Origin: Malacoraja senta
Taxonomy: Eukaryota
DNA: 64,000 nt
Assembly (NCBI GenBank): GCA_038087875.1
Contig: CM075984.1
Coordinates: 9,672,001-9,736,000 of the forward strand
Reading direction: 5' to 3'
Shown: in pieces, positions 48,993 through 60,850 of the stretch
Layout: every line of letters starts with the position of its first letter
Position numbering within the stretch: the stretch's first letter is position 1
Translations under genes and position numbers: made by a program
The notes under the pieces: model-generated
What the model saw: the letters and a program-made list of their open reading frames with translations, nothing else
What the model was told of the DNA's origin: nothing
Database searches by the model: none

Positions 48993-50329
48993 TCACCCAC
49001 AGCTATTGTCCACAGTAAAAACAGAGGAGAAATCCTAATTGAGGACCTGGCCCATCTTCTTCGGCTCCATACAGAGATGACCGCTTTGATTTCTGAGAGG
49101 CCTAGTCTCTCTCTAGTTATCCTCTCTCTTAATGTATTTATAAAATCTCTTTGGATTTTCCTTAATATTAACTGCCATAGCTATCTCCTGCCCCCTTTTT
49201 TGCCTTCCTGGTTACCTTCTTAAGTACGCTCCTCAGTTCCTGAAACTTCTCCAGGGATACATAATCCCAGCTGCCAATGCCTGTCCCATGCCTTTTTCCT
49301 GACCAGAGTCTCACTATCTCTCATCATCGAAGCTTCCTTACTCCCACCTGCCTTGCCCTTCCCTTTAACAGGAACATGCATGTCCTGAACTTTTGTCATC
49401 ACACTTTTAAAAGCATCCCACTTTCTACATGTTCCATTGCCTGTAAACAACCTACACCAATCAACTTGAGCGAGTTCCTGTCTAAGACCATTAAAGGTGG
49501 CCTTGCCCCAATTCAGAATTTTAACACGTAAGCCCACCCTGTCTTTTATCCATAACTATTTTAAAGTTAATAGAACAGTGGCCGATTGTACCCAAAGGCT
49601 CACACACAGATACTTCAGTCACTTGCCTCTCCCCATTTCCTAAGAATAGATTATGCTTCACCTTCTCCTGTGTTGAGCCCTTTATATATTGCCTGAGGAA
49701 ACTTTCCTGAACACATTTGACAAATTCCACCCCATCTAAGTCCTTGGCACTCTGACAATCCCAGTCTGCAGTGGAAAAGTTCAAATCCCCCTACTCTGGT
49801 AATCATATTAGTCTTGCAGCTACCTGTAATCTTCTGTCATATTTGCTATTCTAATCCCTGTTGACTATATGGGGCCGTACAGTACATTCACACAAGGTGA
49901 TCATCCTCTTTTTATTTCTAGCTCCACCCATGTAGCCTCACAGGATGAACCATCAGTAACATCATCTCGGACTACTGCTGTGACAATCTCCTTAATCAAT
50001 AAAGCAACAACCCTTCCTCTTTACGCCCACCTCTATATCTCCTGTAGCACCTGTATCCTGAAATTAAGCTGCCAGTCCTGTTTAGCCAGATTTCCATAAT
50101 GTCCATTTGCATGTACCTATCCACACCCTGAGTTCATCCGCCTTACCTGTCAGGCCTCTCGTTTGAACATAAATGTAACTCAATCCCACAGTGCTTCCTC
50201 GCTTCCTGCCTATTCTGTCATAGAATATTCTTTCATTCCCTTCCATACTGACTTCCAGCCTCTCATCTGGCTCAGTCCTGCATTGAATTCTGCCCCCCTG
50301 CCGATCTAGTTTAATCCAATCTAGTTTAA

Positions 50330-51400
50330 ATGAAAGACAGGTCGGATTCGGATTGGGAGGAGAAGTTGAAGTGCTGGGCCACCGGGAGATCAGGTTGGTT
50401 AGTGCAAACCGAGCGGAGGTCTTGGGTGAAGCGATCACCAAGCCTATGCTTGGTCTCACCGATGTAGAGCAGCTGACACCTAGAGCAGCGAATGCAATAG
50501 ATGAGGTTGGCGGAGGTGCAGTTGAACCTCTGCCTCACCTGGAAAGACTGCTTGGGTCCTTGGATGGAGTCGAGGGGGGAGGTAAAGCGACAAGTGTAGC
50601 ATTTCCTGCGGTTGCAAGGGAAAGTACCAGTGGAGGGGGTGGTTTGGGTGGGAAGGGACGAATTGGCCAGGGAGTAATGGAAGGAATGGTCTCTGCGGAA
50701 AGCAGACAGGGGGGGGGGAGATGGGAAGATGTGGCCAGTGGTGGGATCCCGTTGGAGGTGGCGAAAATGTCGCAGGATTATCTGTTGTATGTGACGGCTG
50801 GTGGGGTGGAAGGTGAGGACAACGGGGACTCTGTCCTTGTTAAAGTGGAGGGATGGGGAGTGAGAGCGGAGCTACGGTATATAGAGGAGACCCTGGTGAG
50901 AGCTTCATCTATAGTAGAAGAGGGGAAGTTAGTGGTTAGTTCCCTAAAGAATGAGGACATCTCCGATGCTCTGGTTTGGAACACCTCATCCTGGGTGCAG
51001 ATGCGGCGTGGACTGAGGAATTGGGAGTAGGGGATAGAGTCCTTACAGGAAGCAGGGTGGGAAGAAGTGTAGTCCAGGTGGCCATGGGAGTCAGTGGGTT
51101 TGTAGTCTGTTACCTGAGATGGAGATAGCGAGGTCTAGAAATGGTAGGGAGATGTCGGAAATGGTCCAGGTGAATTTGAGTGCCGGATGGAAGTTAGTGG
51201 TGAAATGGATGAAGTCAGTGAGTTCTGCATGGGTGCAGGAGGTAGCACCAATGCAATCGTCAATGTAGCGGAGGTAGAGTTCGGGGATAGGGCCATGGTA
51301 CGCCTCGAACAAGGATTGTTCGACATACCCTACAAAGAGGTAGGCTTAGCCAGGGTCCAAGCGCGTGCCCATAGCTACGCCTTGGATTTGGAGGAAATGG
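50330..51400 (-). mobile_element. Penelope-like element RT/GIY-YIG fragment
   Basis: YLRYIDDC..FHPALKFT..LPFLDL and NLIYCIRCSRCQLLYIGET..LGDRF. Confidence 0.9.
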
Positions 51401-51850
51401 GAAATACCACTCGGGATCACTTGTTTTGTCTGCAGCCGACCTGGCCTTCACCTGGGAATGTACCTCACGGTTCATCCATGGTTTCCGATTGGGAAACACT
51501 CAGATTGTCTTCTTCGACACGCACTCCTCTACGCACTTGCTGATGAAGTCAGTCACGGCAGTGGTGAACTCATTTAGGTTGACTGCAGAATCTATGAACA
51601 TGGACCAGTCCACTGACTTAAAGCAGTTGCGTAGGATGTCATCCATGTCCGCCGACCAGCATTGTACAAATCTCTGAACCAGATATTCCTGCTTCAGTTT
51701 TGTTTATAGACAGGGAGTAGAAGCACAACTTGACAATCAGATTTTCTGAAATTGTTACCGAGGAACAAGGCAGTTTTTATTAACATGTAGCAGGGGTTGA
51801 TGGTGTTCTGGCCTCTGGTGGGAAATGAGACATGCAGGTAATACTTTGGT
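51400..51850 (-). mobile_element. Rex/Babar LINE endonuclease-region fragment
   Basis: FPNRKPWMN motif (ORF 51260-51499), fused directly to the Penelope fragment. Confidence 0.6.
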
Positions 51851-54079
51851 AGTACTCTGTCATTTCTTATTTAAATCTGTCATTATAACCTTTTATTTAT
51901 TTCTCCCTCATCTACTTGTCAGTCTTCCTTTAAAACGTTGTGTGAGTATTGGGTTCATCTTTCCACATACTGTTATTATTACCTTGTCAGGTCTGGGATA
52001 GGCCATGATTTCCAACAGAAATGAATCCATCATCTTCAAGTCCCCTCACAAGCACTGGGCTCTTTCTTTATCATACAATTGGGATCAATAACATCAGAGA
52101 ATTGAGTCATGGCTCAAAGACTAACTACTTGCGACCTTGTCAAGTTACGTTTATTGTCATTTACTCAAGTGCAGTGAGGTACAACTGCAATAACAACATT
52201 GCTTGCAGCTGCTTCACTGCCATATTGCACGCTGAATGAAAATTATAGATTTAAATTGTACATGCATTATATGTCAAAAACATGTTACAATGTCATATGT
52301 CACAATGTCATATGTCACAATGTTAAAATTCTGAAAAAAAGCTGAAGCCATGCAAAGCTGGGTATCACACATCTTTAGATAGCGTCTCTGGGGAACACCA
52401 TGCTGCGGGATTCTCGCTTCCACCCTGCCATTTGGTTCCATTCTGATACATGCTGATTCAGAAATCGCACATTCGCATTCGGTATGTGTGTAAACTGATA
52501 CCGACGTGTAAACTTAATGTCGACGCAGTCCACGCCTCATCTTCATCATGCCAGCATCGTTTGTGTGTGAATTAAAACGACTTAGTATAGAGTCATGCAG
52601 CACGGAAACAGGCCCTTCAGCCCAACTTGCTCATGCCGACCCATCTGCACTAGTCCCTCCTGCCCGTGATTGGCCCATATCTTAATCTTTCCTATTCTGA
52701 TACGGGGTACTGATTTTGAATGATCAGCCATGATCATATTGAATGGCGGTGCTGGCTCAAAGGGCCGAATGGCCTACTCCTGCACCTATATATTATATGT
52801 ATATGAAAGCAAAAAAGACATGTAAAATAACAAGCCATTCGTGCAAAAACACAAATCAGAAACATATTCATGGTAGTACAAGAGATGGCAGTGTTCTGTT
52901 GCTCCAGTAGGATTAGAACCATGGTATAATTTTGCAGCCTTGAAATGATCTTCCAATCCCATATCTTCCTATCCAAGCAGTTGGAGACTTCAATGTGACA
53001 CTCAACTGGGCTCAACCTAGGCCATCCTTTGTTAGACTCTTAAATGCACCCTTGGCACCTCAAGAATCATTAATCTTAATATTTTCTTGGCTTATCTTCC
53101 ATCCTACACACTCCATCGACCAACTAATACATTTTTGCTAGTCTGCTCAGTCCTGAATACCTAATTCCAGCTTTTACTGACTTAACCAGCTACTTCAAAT
53201 TTCTAAACCCTGTCTGTGTATTTAATTGCTTTATATTGTCCTTTAACTTTGTCAATGTCTCCAGGCCTACACATTCCGTCCCACAAAATGTTCCAATTTT
53301 GTGATCATTGCTCCTTCCTTTGCCCCATTACAAGCAACTCACCTCTTAGGCATCTCGGCATCCCTTCCATAAATCCTCTCATCTCTCCAGTTTTCTCTGC
53401 TTCTCAGAGGTTCTTCATAAAACCCAGCTTGCTGAGATGAGAAAGCTCTCAGTGATCCATCCAGACATCTCCCTGAATTGAATTGAATACTTTATTGTCA
53501 CATGTGACAAGTCACAGTGAAATTATTTGATTACATACCCAAGGTATGTAAATAGTCGCCCATTAAAGGCACTTACAAAGTTACAAAGTACCTCCGCACC
53601 GGATCCCCCTTTGTTTACCCCCCCTCCCCCACCCCCACCTCCCCCACTCCCTCATGGCGGTCCCCCCCCTGCCGGTTCCACCATTGTCCATTGTTCTTCC
53701 CCCTGCCTCACGCCGTTCCCCCCACGCCAGGTCCTCCTTTGTTCCTTCCACATTGTCCGTTCACGTCCGTCGGTCGGCGCCATCATCGACCGCTGCACAG
53801 ACCTCTCCACTATCGCTGCCGGGTTCTCTCCGGATGCCTCCGTGGCGTTAGTGTCTTCTCTTTGACCTCAGTGTCAGTTTACTCTTAATGTGTCCATGTC
53901 AGAGTTACTACATAAATGTTTGCCGGACTGTATATTTGTTTTGTATCAATTTTTTTCTATCAGGTGTGTTGTCATTCATCTGTATTTAAGAGATTAAAAA
54001 TACGGGGATGGATCTGTCCCCATGTGTGCAACAGATCTACAAACCTTGCACACAGATCTCTCTTTTGACTGCTTTCACA

Positions 54080-55060
54080 ATGAATACGTTTATTGGCCAA
54101 GTATTCACATACAAGGAATTTGCCTTGGTGCTCCGCCCACAAGTGACAACATGACATACAGTGACAGTTAAGAATGATGCATAAAACATTAAACATTAAT
54201 AATAAAACATTATTGATTAAATATGTGAATTAAATAATATACCAGAGCAAAAGGAGGCTACAGAATTTTGGTTATTGAGTAGAGCTACTACTCGTGGAAA
54301 AAAGCTGTTTTTATGTCTGGCTGTGGCAGCTTTGACAGTCCGGAGTCGCCTTCCAGAGGGAAGTGATTCAAAGAGTTTGTGGCCAGGGTGAGAGGGGTCA
54401 GAGATGATCTTACCCACTCGCTTCCTGGCCCTTGCAGTGTACAGTTCGTCAATGGAGGGAAGGTTGCAGTCAATAACCTTCTCAGCTGATCGGACGATTT
54501 GCTGCAGCCTCCAGGTGTCGTGCTTGGTGGCTGAGCCAAACCAGACCATGATGGAGAAGGTGAGGACAGACTCTATGATGGCTGTGTAGAATTGGACCAT
54601 CATTGCCTGTGGCAGATTGTGCTTCCTCAGCTGCCGTAGGAAGTACATCCTCTGTTGTGCCTTTTTGACTGTGGAATCGATGGTAGCCCCCCCACTTAAG
54701 GTCCTTGGAGATGATGGTTCCAGGAACTTTAAGAGTCCACAGATGTGACTGTGGTGTTGTTGATGGTGAGAGGGGTGAGGGGAGGGGGAGCTCTCATAAC
54801 CTCTACAATCAATTCCACTGTCTAAAGAGCATTGAGCTCCAGGTTGTTGCGATGGCACCAGGACGCCAGCTGTGACACTTCCTGTCTGTAGGCAGATTCT
54901 TCCCCATCCTGGATCAGTCCAATCAGGGTTGTGTCGTCCGCAAACTTGAGAAGCTTGACATAGGAGTCAGTGGAGGTGCAGTCATTGGTGTAGAGAGAGT
55001 AGAGGAGAGGAGAGAGTACGCAGCCTTGCGGTGCTCCTATGCTGAGGGTCTGCGGGTCCA
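54080..55060 (-). mobile_element. Rex1/Babar-type LINE 3' fragment
   Basis: [20 protein letters not shown]; KAQQRMYFLRQL..FYTAIIES. Confidence 0.9.
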
Positions 55061-55149
55061 GCTTCACATTAAAGGTGTAGCCATGAGCACTTGCATGGGA
55101 CTCAGCAATGCTTGCCTTTCTGTTGGTTGCTTCAAACACTCCTTGTTCT

Positions 55150-56190
55150 AAATGTACACTGGCACCGACTCCCTACTCTTTCTCTGCTACATAGATGACT
55201 GCATCGGGGCTGCCTCCTACACCTGTGCAAAACTCATTGATTTCATTAACCTTACCACTAACTTCCATTTGCCCTCAAATTCACAGACTCTCTCTGACAC
55301 CTCTCTCTCATATTCTTAACCTTTCTGCCGCCATCACAGTGGACAGACTATCAACTGACATCTACTACAAACCTACTGACCGCAACAATTATCTGCATTA
55401 TACTTCCTCCCACCATGCCTGTTGCAAAGACTCTCTATTCCTTACTTTTAATTTCTGCCGCATCTGCTCCTTAGAGGAGGCTTTCCATTCGAGGACATCC
55501 GAGATGTCCTCTTTCTTCAGTAAACGTGGATTCTCCCATGCAGTTATAGATGGACCCTCACCCACATCTCCTCTGTGTCACATAGTTCTGCTTTGCTCCC
55601 CCTCTCCCAGACGGAACAAGAACAGAGTTCACCTGGTCCTCACCTCACAAGCCTCCGCATCCAATACATCCTTCTCCAACATTTCTGCCACCTCCAACGT
55701 GATCCCATCACCAGTCACATCTTCCAACCCCCACCCCTTTCCACCTTCCACAGAGTCCCTCCACAACTCATTGGTTCGCATCCCTTCCCATCCAAACCAT
55801 CCCGTCCCGTAGTCTGCAACTACAGGAGATGGAACAACCGGCAACTACACTTCCACCCTTACATTCATCCATGGACTCCAGCAGTCCTTCCAGGTGAGAC
55901 AACGCTTTATGTGCATCTCCTGTATCCTCATCTGCTGCATTTGTTGTTTCTGATTTGGCTTCCTTTACATTGGTGAGACCAAGCATAGACTCAGCCACTG
56001 TTTTGCTGAACACTTGCACTTGGTTGGCATTTTAACTCCCCTTCCCATGCCCATACTGACATTTGACCTGAGCCTCCCCCATTGCCAGACTGAGGTCACA
56101 CGCAAACTGGAGAAACAGCACCTCACATTCCTCTTGGGTAGTCAATAAGCATTAAAGCATATGAGCATTAAATTCTCCAATTTTAGGTAA
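55150..56190 (+). mobile_element. Degenerate Penelope-like RT/GIY-YIG fragment
   Basis: STDIYYKPTD..YL.Y.S.H; YIGETKHRL at about 55966-55992. Confidence 0.85.
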
Positions 56191-57114
56191 CTAACCTACA
56201 AACAACCCCCCCCCCCTCCTTCCCTCCCTGCCCCCCTCTCTTCCTTATGCCCCACCTTGGCGTGCACCCATTTCCCCCCTCCTCCAGTCTTTTCCACCGA
56301 CATTCTTTCCTCAATTCTTCTTTCCCTATCTCAAACCTTTTGTCTTTTCATCTCTTGTCTTTCTGCAAACATCTGCCTATCAACCACCCCCCCCCCTCCT
56401 CCGCCTCCTCCCTGTATCAGCTGTTATCAGGCAACTGAATCATCCTATCACAACTAGAGAGCTTAGTTACCTCAACTACTATCTACTTCATTGGTGACTC
56501 TCGGACTATCTTTGATCAGACTTTACTGGCTTTACCTCACACTAAACGTTATTCTCTTATCATGTATCTTGACACTGTAATGGCTTGATTGTAATCATGT
56601 ACTGTCTTTCCACTGGCTGGATAGCACGCGACAAAAAGCTTTTCACTGTTCCTCGGTACACATGACAATAAACTAAACTGAACTGAACAGGGTCTCTACA
56701 TTGTTTCATTTGAAGCCATGGAACCTGACCTGTGATCCTCAGAGCATTAGTGCACTGTAGTAACGGGCTATACATTCCTCTCCAAGACACACATCACACT
56801 AACCTGAACGTATTTCACTGTTCTTTCCTGAACGTGAACCTGCTGGAATTCATTACCAAGAGAACAATGGGAGTACCTTCCACTGCAGACTATAACAGTT
56901 GAAAATATACAGCTCACCACCATTCCATCAGTCAGGGAAGGGGCAATAAATGGCAGCTTTATCATAGACACCCATGTCCCGTGAACAAATTATATACTTT
57001 TAAAATTACACTTTTCTTCTGCGGCATAGGTTAGGATAACGTTTGTTTAAAGAAAGTGATACATTTTTTGGCATTTGGAACTTAGTGGAGCAGAAATATG
57101 CAGATTTGCTGGAC

Positions 57115-57187
57115 ATGGCACCTATTGATGTCTCTATTTTAGTTTTATCAGTAACCTGTTTGGTGTGGTTTGGATTTTTCATTGCTG
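57115..57187 (+). CDS. Candidate signal-peptide exon of an unidentified gene
   Basis: GACATGG Kozak context; MAPIDVSILVLSVTCLVWFGFFIA + G|gtaaat (phase 1) in unique sequence. No downstream exon identified. Confidence 0.25.
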
Positions 57188-58149
57188 GTAAATTTTGGCT
57201 AAGGCTCAAAGCTGCTCACATTTCCAACAGCATCACGTGATGTCACAAAACGAACACAGGAAGGAAGTGCAAACAGGAGGAAGACATTTGGTCAGTTGAT
57301 TAAGATCACAACCAGAGGAAACCGTAGAAGCAGCTTCAGCATGGCCTAGATTAAAGTCTAGTTTGCTAACCACAGGAGGATGATAAATAATAACATTCGT
57401 GATGATGGTGTTGTTTGTTGGTTAAGATGTGGGCAAATGGAAAAGCTGCATTGAGTCAGCCTGCTCTTATTTACAGGAATGAAGTTGAAGGTATTTGCCG
57501 CTGAGAGGATTATTCCATCACTTCATTAAATTTTACATAAAGTAATGAATGAAAACTTTTGTTCGGCAGATCTTGTGGTTTTTATCCTTGACACAAATGA
57601 AGTTCTTATTTCTGCCTGATTGCAAGATAACTTGCAGTAATAGCTTTATCGCTTATCTCTTGAAGAAAACATCTTATTCTGCCTGCCCGACTCCACACAC
57701 ATGCATCAGCACTTCAAATGCACACTAAATAAATAGAACTTGGAACCTCAGTCCAAGTCTGTTTAGTTAATACATTCCAGACAGCTGGGACCTGTCCCAA
57801 TAGGACAGGTTGCACCACAACTTGATTCAGACCAATCTCCTGGTGGGGATTTTGGGGAGGGGGGGGGGGGAGGGTGGGGGGAGGGGATGTGCTAGTGTCA
57901 TTGGAGTGGATTTAAATCAGTTTGTAGAGAATAAAAAAGGGAATTCAGGAAGAAGAAAAACAAAGCAGGAAGAGCAAAATGGAAAAGTATTAAGTGAAAT
58001 AAAAAAATGTCAAAAACAGAGTTGGGTAGCAAAGATGGCTAAAAGTATTAGAAGGACAAAATTAAAGGCGCTTAATTTTGAGTTTCTCTTCACAAATAAA
58101 GATACAAAACCAACCTTGCTTCCATTGACTTCATTTATACCTCACGCTG

Positions 58150-58545
58150 CCTCGGCAAGGCCAGCAGCATAATCAAGGACGAGTTGCACCCTGGCCACTC
58201 CCTCTTCTCCCCTATCCCATCGGGCAAAAGGTATAGAACTGTGAAAATGCACGCCTCCAGATTCAGGGACAGTTTCTTCCCAGCTGTTATCAGGCAACTG
58301 AACCATCCTACCACAACCAGAGAACAGCCCTGAACTATTATCTATCTCATTGGCGACCCTCGGACTATCTTTGATTGGACTTTACTGGCTTTATCTTGCA
58401 CTAAACATTATTCCCTTATCATGTATCTTTACGCTGTGACTGGCTTGACTGTAATCATGTATTGTCATTCCACTGACTGGTTAGCACACAACAAAAGCTT
58501 TTTACTGTACATGTGACAATAAAGTAAACGGAACTGAACTGAACT
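58150..58545 (+). mobile_element. Rex/Babar-type 3' end
   Basis: HPGHSLF..PSGKRYR..RFRDSFFP coding remnant; GACAATAAA (GAACT)n tail. A sister tail lies at 56420-56690. Confidence 0.75.
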
Positions 58546-58928
58546 GGCTGATATATTCGAGAACCATTGGTCTAGGATGATCTACAGCCCAGAGTTCTGA
58601 CAGAGGTGGCTTTGTATACAGTGGGTGCTCTTGTTATCATCTTACTTTAGAGATACAGTGTGGAAAAAGGCCCTTCGGCCCGCCAAGTCCATGCCATCCT
58701 ACGATCACCCGAACACTGGTTCAAAGGTCAAAGGTCAAAGGTATTTTATTTGTCACATTCACATACACCCAGGTGTAGTGAAGTGAAATGCTTCTTGCCA
58801 TTTTTGCAGCACACAAAAAAAAGAGAATACAGACATAACACCAATAAGAGTCTTAAACACAAAGAACATCCCCCCACAATGGCTCCCACCATGAGGGAAG
58901 GCACAAAGTCCAGTCCCCAACCCCAGTT

Positions 58929-59128
58929 NNNNNNNNNNNNNNNNNNNNNNNNNNNNNNNNNNNNNNNNNNNNNNNNNNNNNNNNNNNNNNNNNNNNNNNN
59001 NNNNNNNNNNNNNNNNNNNNNNNNNNNNNNNNNNNNNNNNNNNNNNNNNNNNNNNNNNNNNNNNNNNNNNNNNNNNNNNNNNNNNNNNNNNNNNNNNNNN
59101 NNNNNNNNNNNNNNNNNNNNNNNNNNNN
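58929..59128. other. Assembly gap (200 N)
   Basis: Run of N. Confidence 1.
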
Positions 59129-59649
59129 CTTTTGATGAACTCCAATGTGGGTGGTTGGCAATTCACGCAATAAGTGTAATGCAGCAGTGCAGATAGAGAA
59201 TAGGCACAGTTTGAGAATATGTCGGGCCATTTAGGACTAGATGAGAAAAACATTCTTCATTCAGAGGGACGTGACCCTTTGGAATTCTCTACCCAGGAAG
59301 GCTGCAGAGGCTGATTGATAGATTTCTGGAGATTATGAGAATCAAACGGTACAATGATAGGACTGGACATGGTACTGAGATAGAAGTTCAGTCATGACCT
59401 GCCTCTATTTGTGTTTTGTGCTGCAGAAGAGCAGCGTAACTCAGTTCCAGTGACTTGGGTTCCATTTTGCTCTCTGTGGGGAACCTTCCACGAGCACATC
59501 CTCCCTGTGACTGTGTGGGTTCCTCACACTCGATCAGGTTTTCAACCGCCTGCTGTTGAGTGGTTGTTGTCACTGTAAATTAGCCTGTGTGTGAGGGGAG
59601 GTAAAAACATTGAAGAATGGGGTGGGTGGGAGCAAAGAGTGTTCACAAG

Positions 59650-60850
59650 TTCACAAGTTATAGGAGTAGAATTACGCCATTCGGCCCATCAAGTCTACTC
59701 AGCCATTCAATCATGGCTGATCTCTGCCGCCTAATCCCATTTTCCTGCCTTCTCGCCATAACCCCTGACTCCCGTATTAAGCAAGAATCTATCTTTCTCT
59801 GCCTTAAGAATGTCCGTTGACTTGGCCCCCACAGCCCTCTGTGGCAATGAGTTCCACAGATTAACTACCCTCTGATAAGGGAAGAAGATAAGACTTTATT
59901 GCCTTCCATCACAGTGCGCTGTAGTGGATGTTTATGTTAATTTTTATGTAGTTGTGTGTCTTGTTGCTTTTTTGGTATCTCTATGGTCAAATTCCTATCA
60001 AATTCCTTATATGTTCTTACATACTTGGCTAATAAATTATTTATATCTTGTATCGTGCATCTTGTATCTCCGCATTACATTTCTGTTTTTGTATTCCAAC
60101 CTCTTGATATAAATGCTAGCATTCAATTTGCCTTCCTTTTACCGATTCGACTCGCAAATGAACTCTTTGGGAATTCTGCACCAGCACTCCCATGTCACTT
60201 TGCACCTCTGATTTCTGGATTCTCTTTCCATTTAGAAAATAATCTACGCCTTTATTCTTATTACCAAAAGGCATGATTCTGCACTTTGCTGCACTGAATC
60301 TCATCTGCCACTTCTCTGCACATTCTCCTAACCTGCCCCTCCACCTATCTTAGCATCATCTGCACACTTGGCCACAAAGCCTTCAATCCCCTTATCCAAA
60401 TCATTAATATACAACGTGAAGAGAAGCGGCCCCAGCACCGACCCTTGCGGAACTCCACTTGTCATTGGCAGCCAACCTGAAAAAACGCCTTTTATTGCAA
60501 ATCTTTGCCTTCTGTCATCCAGCCAACTTGCCATCCATGCAAGTATCTCCCTTTAATACCATGGGCTCCCATCTTCCCTAGCAGCCTGATGTGTGGCATC
60601 TTATCGAAGGCCTTCTGAAAATCTAGGGAAACAACATCTGCAGCCTACACTCTGTCTGTCCTGCTATTAACTACCTCAAAGAACTCCAGCAGATTCATCA
60701 GGCAAGATCTTCCCTTCACAAAACCATGCTGACTTCAGCCAATTTTATCATGAAGGTCTAGGTACTGCGTAACATCATCCTTTATAATTGACTCTAAAAT
60801 CTTACCAGCCACTGAAGTCAGGCTAATCGGCCTATAGTTTCCGCTCTTCT
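59650..60850 (-). mobile_element. CR1 LINE fragments
   Basis: ORF 60328-60534 SGVPQGSVLGPLLF..CADD. Confidence 0.8.

Larger units (their letters stand above)
44915..50330 (-). mobile_element. Long fragmented old CR1 LINE region with nested insertions and a ~0.7 kb unique stretch at 47.0-47.7 kb
   Basis: ORFs 46413-46613 (SGVSQGSVL..FADD), 49220-49784 (endonuclease region) and 45854-46051. Boundaries approximate. Confidence 0.65.

Noticed and set aside
51983-52050. Minus-strand exon MMDSFLLEIMAYPRPDK|gtaat
   Set aside because: Short, no recognisable homology and no partner exon.
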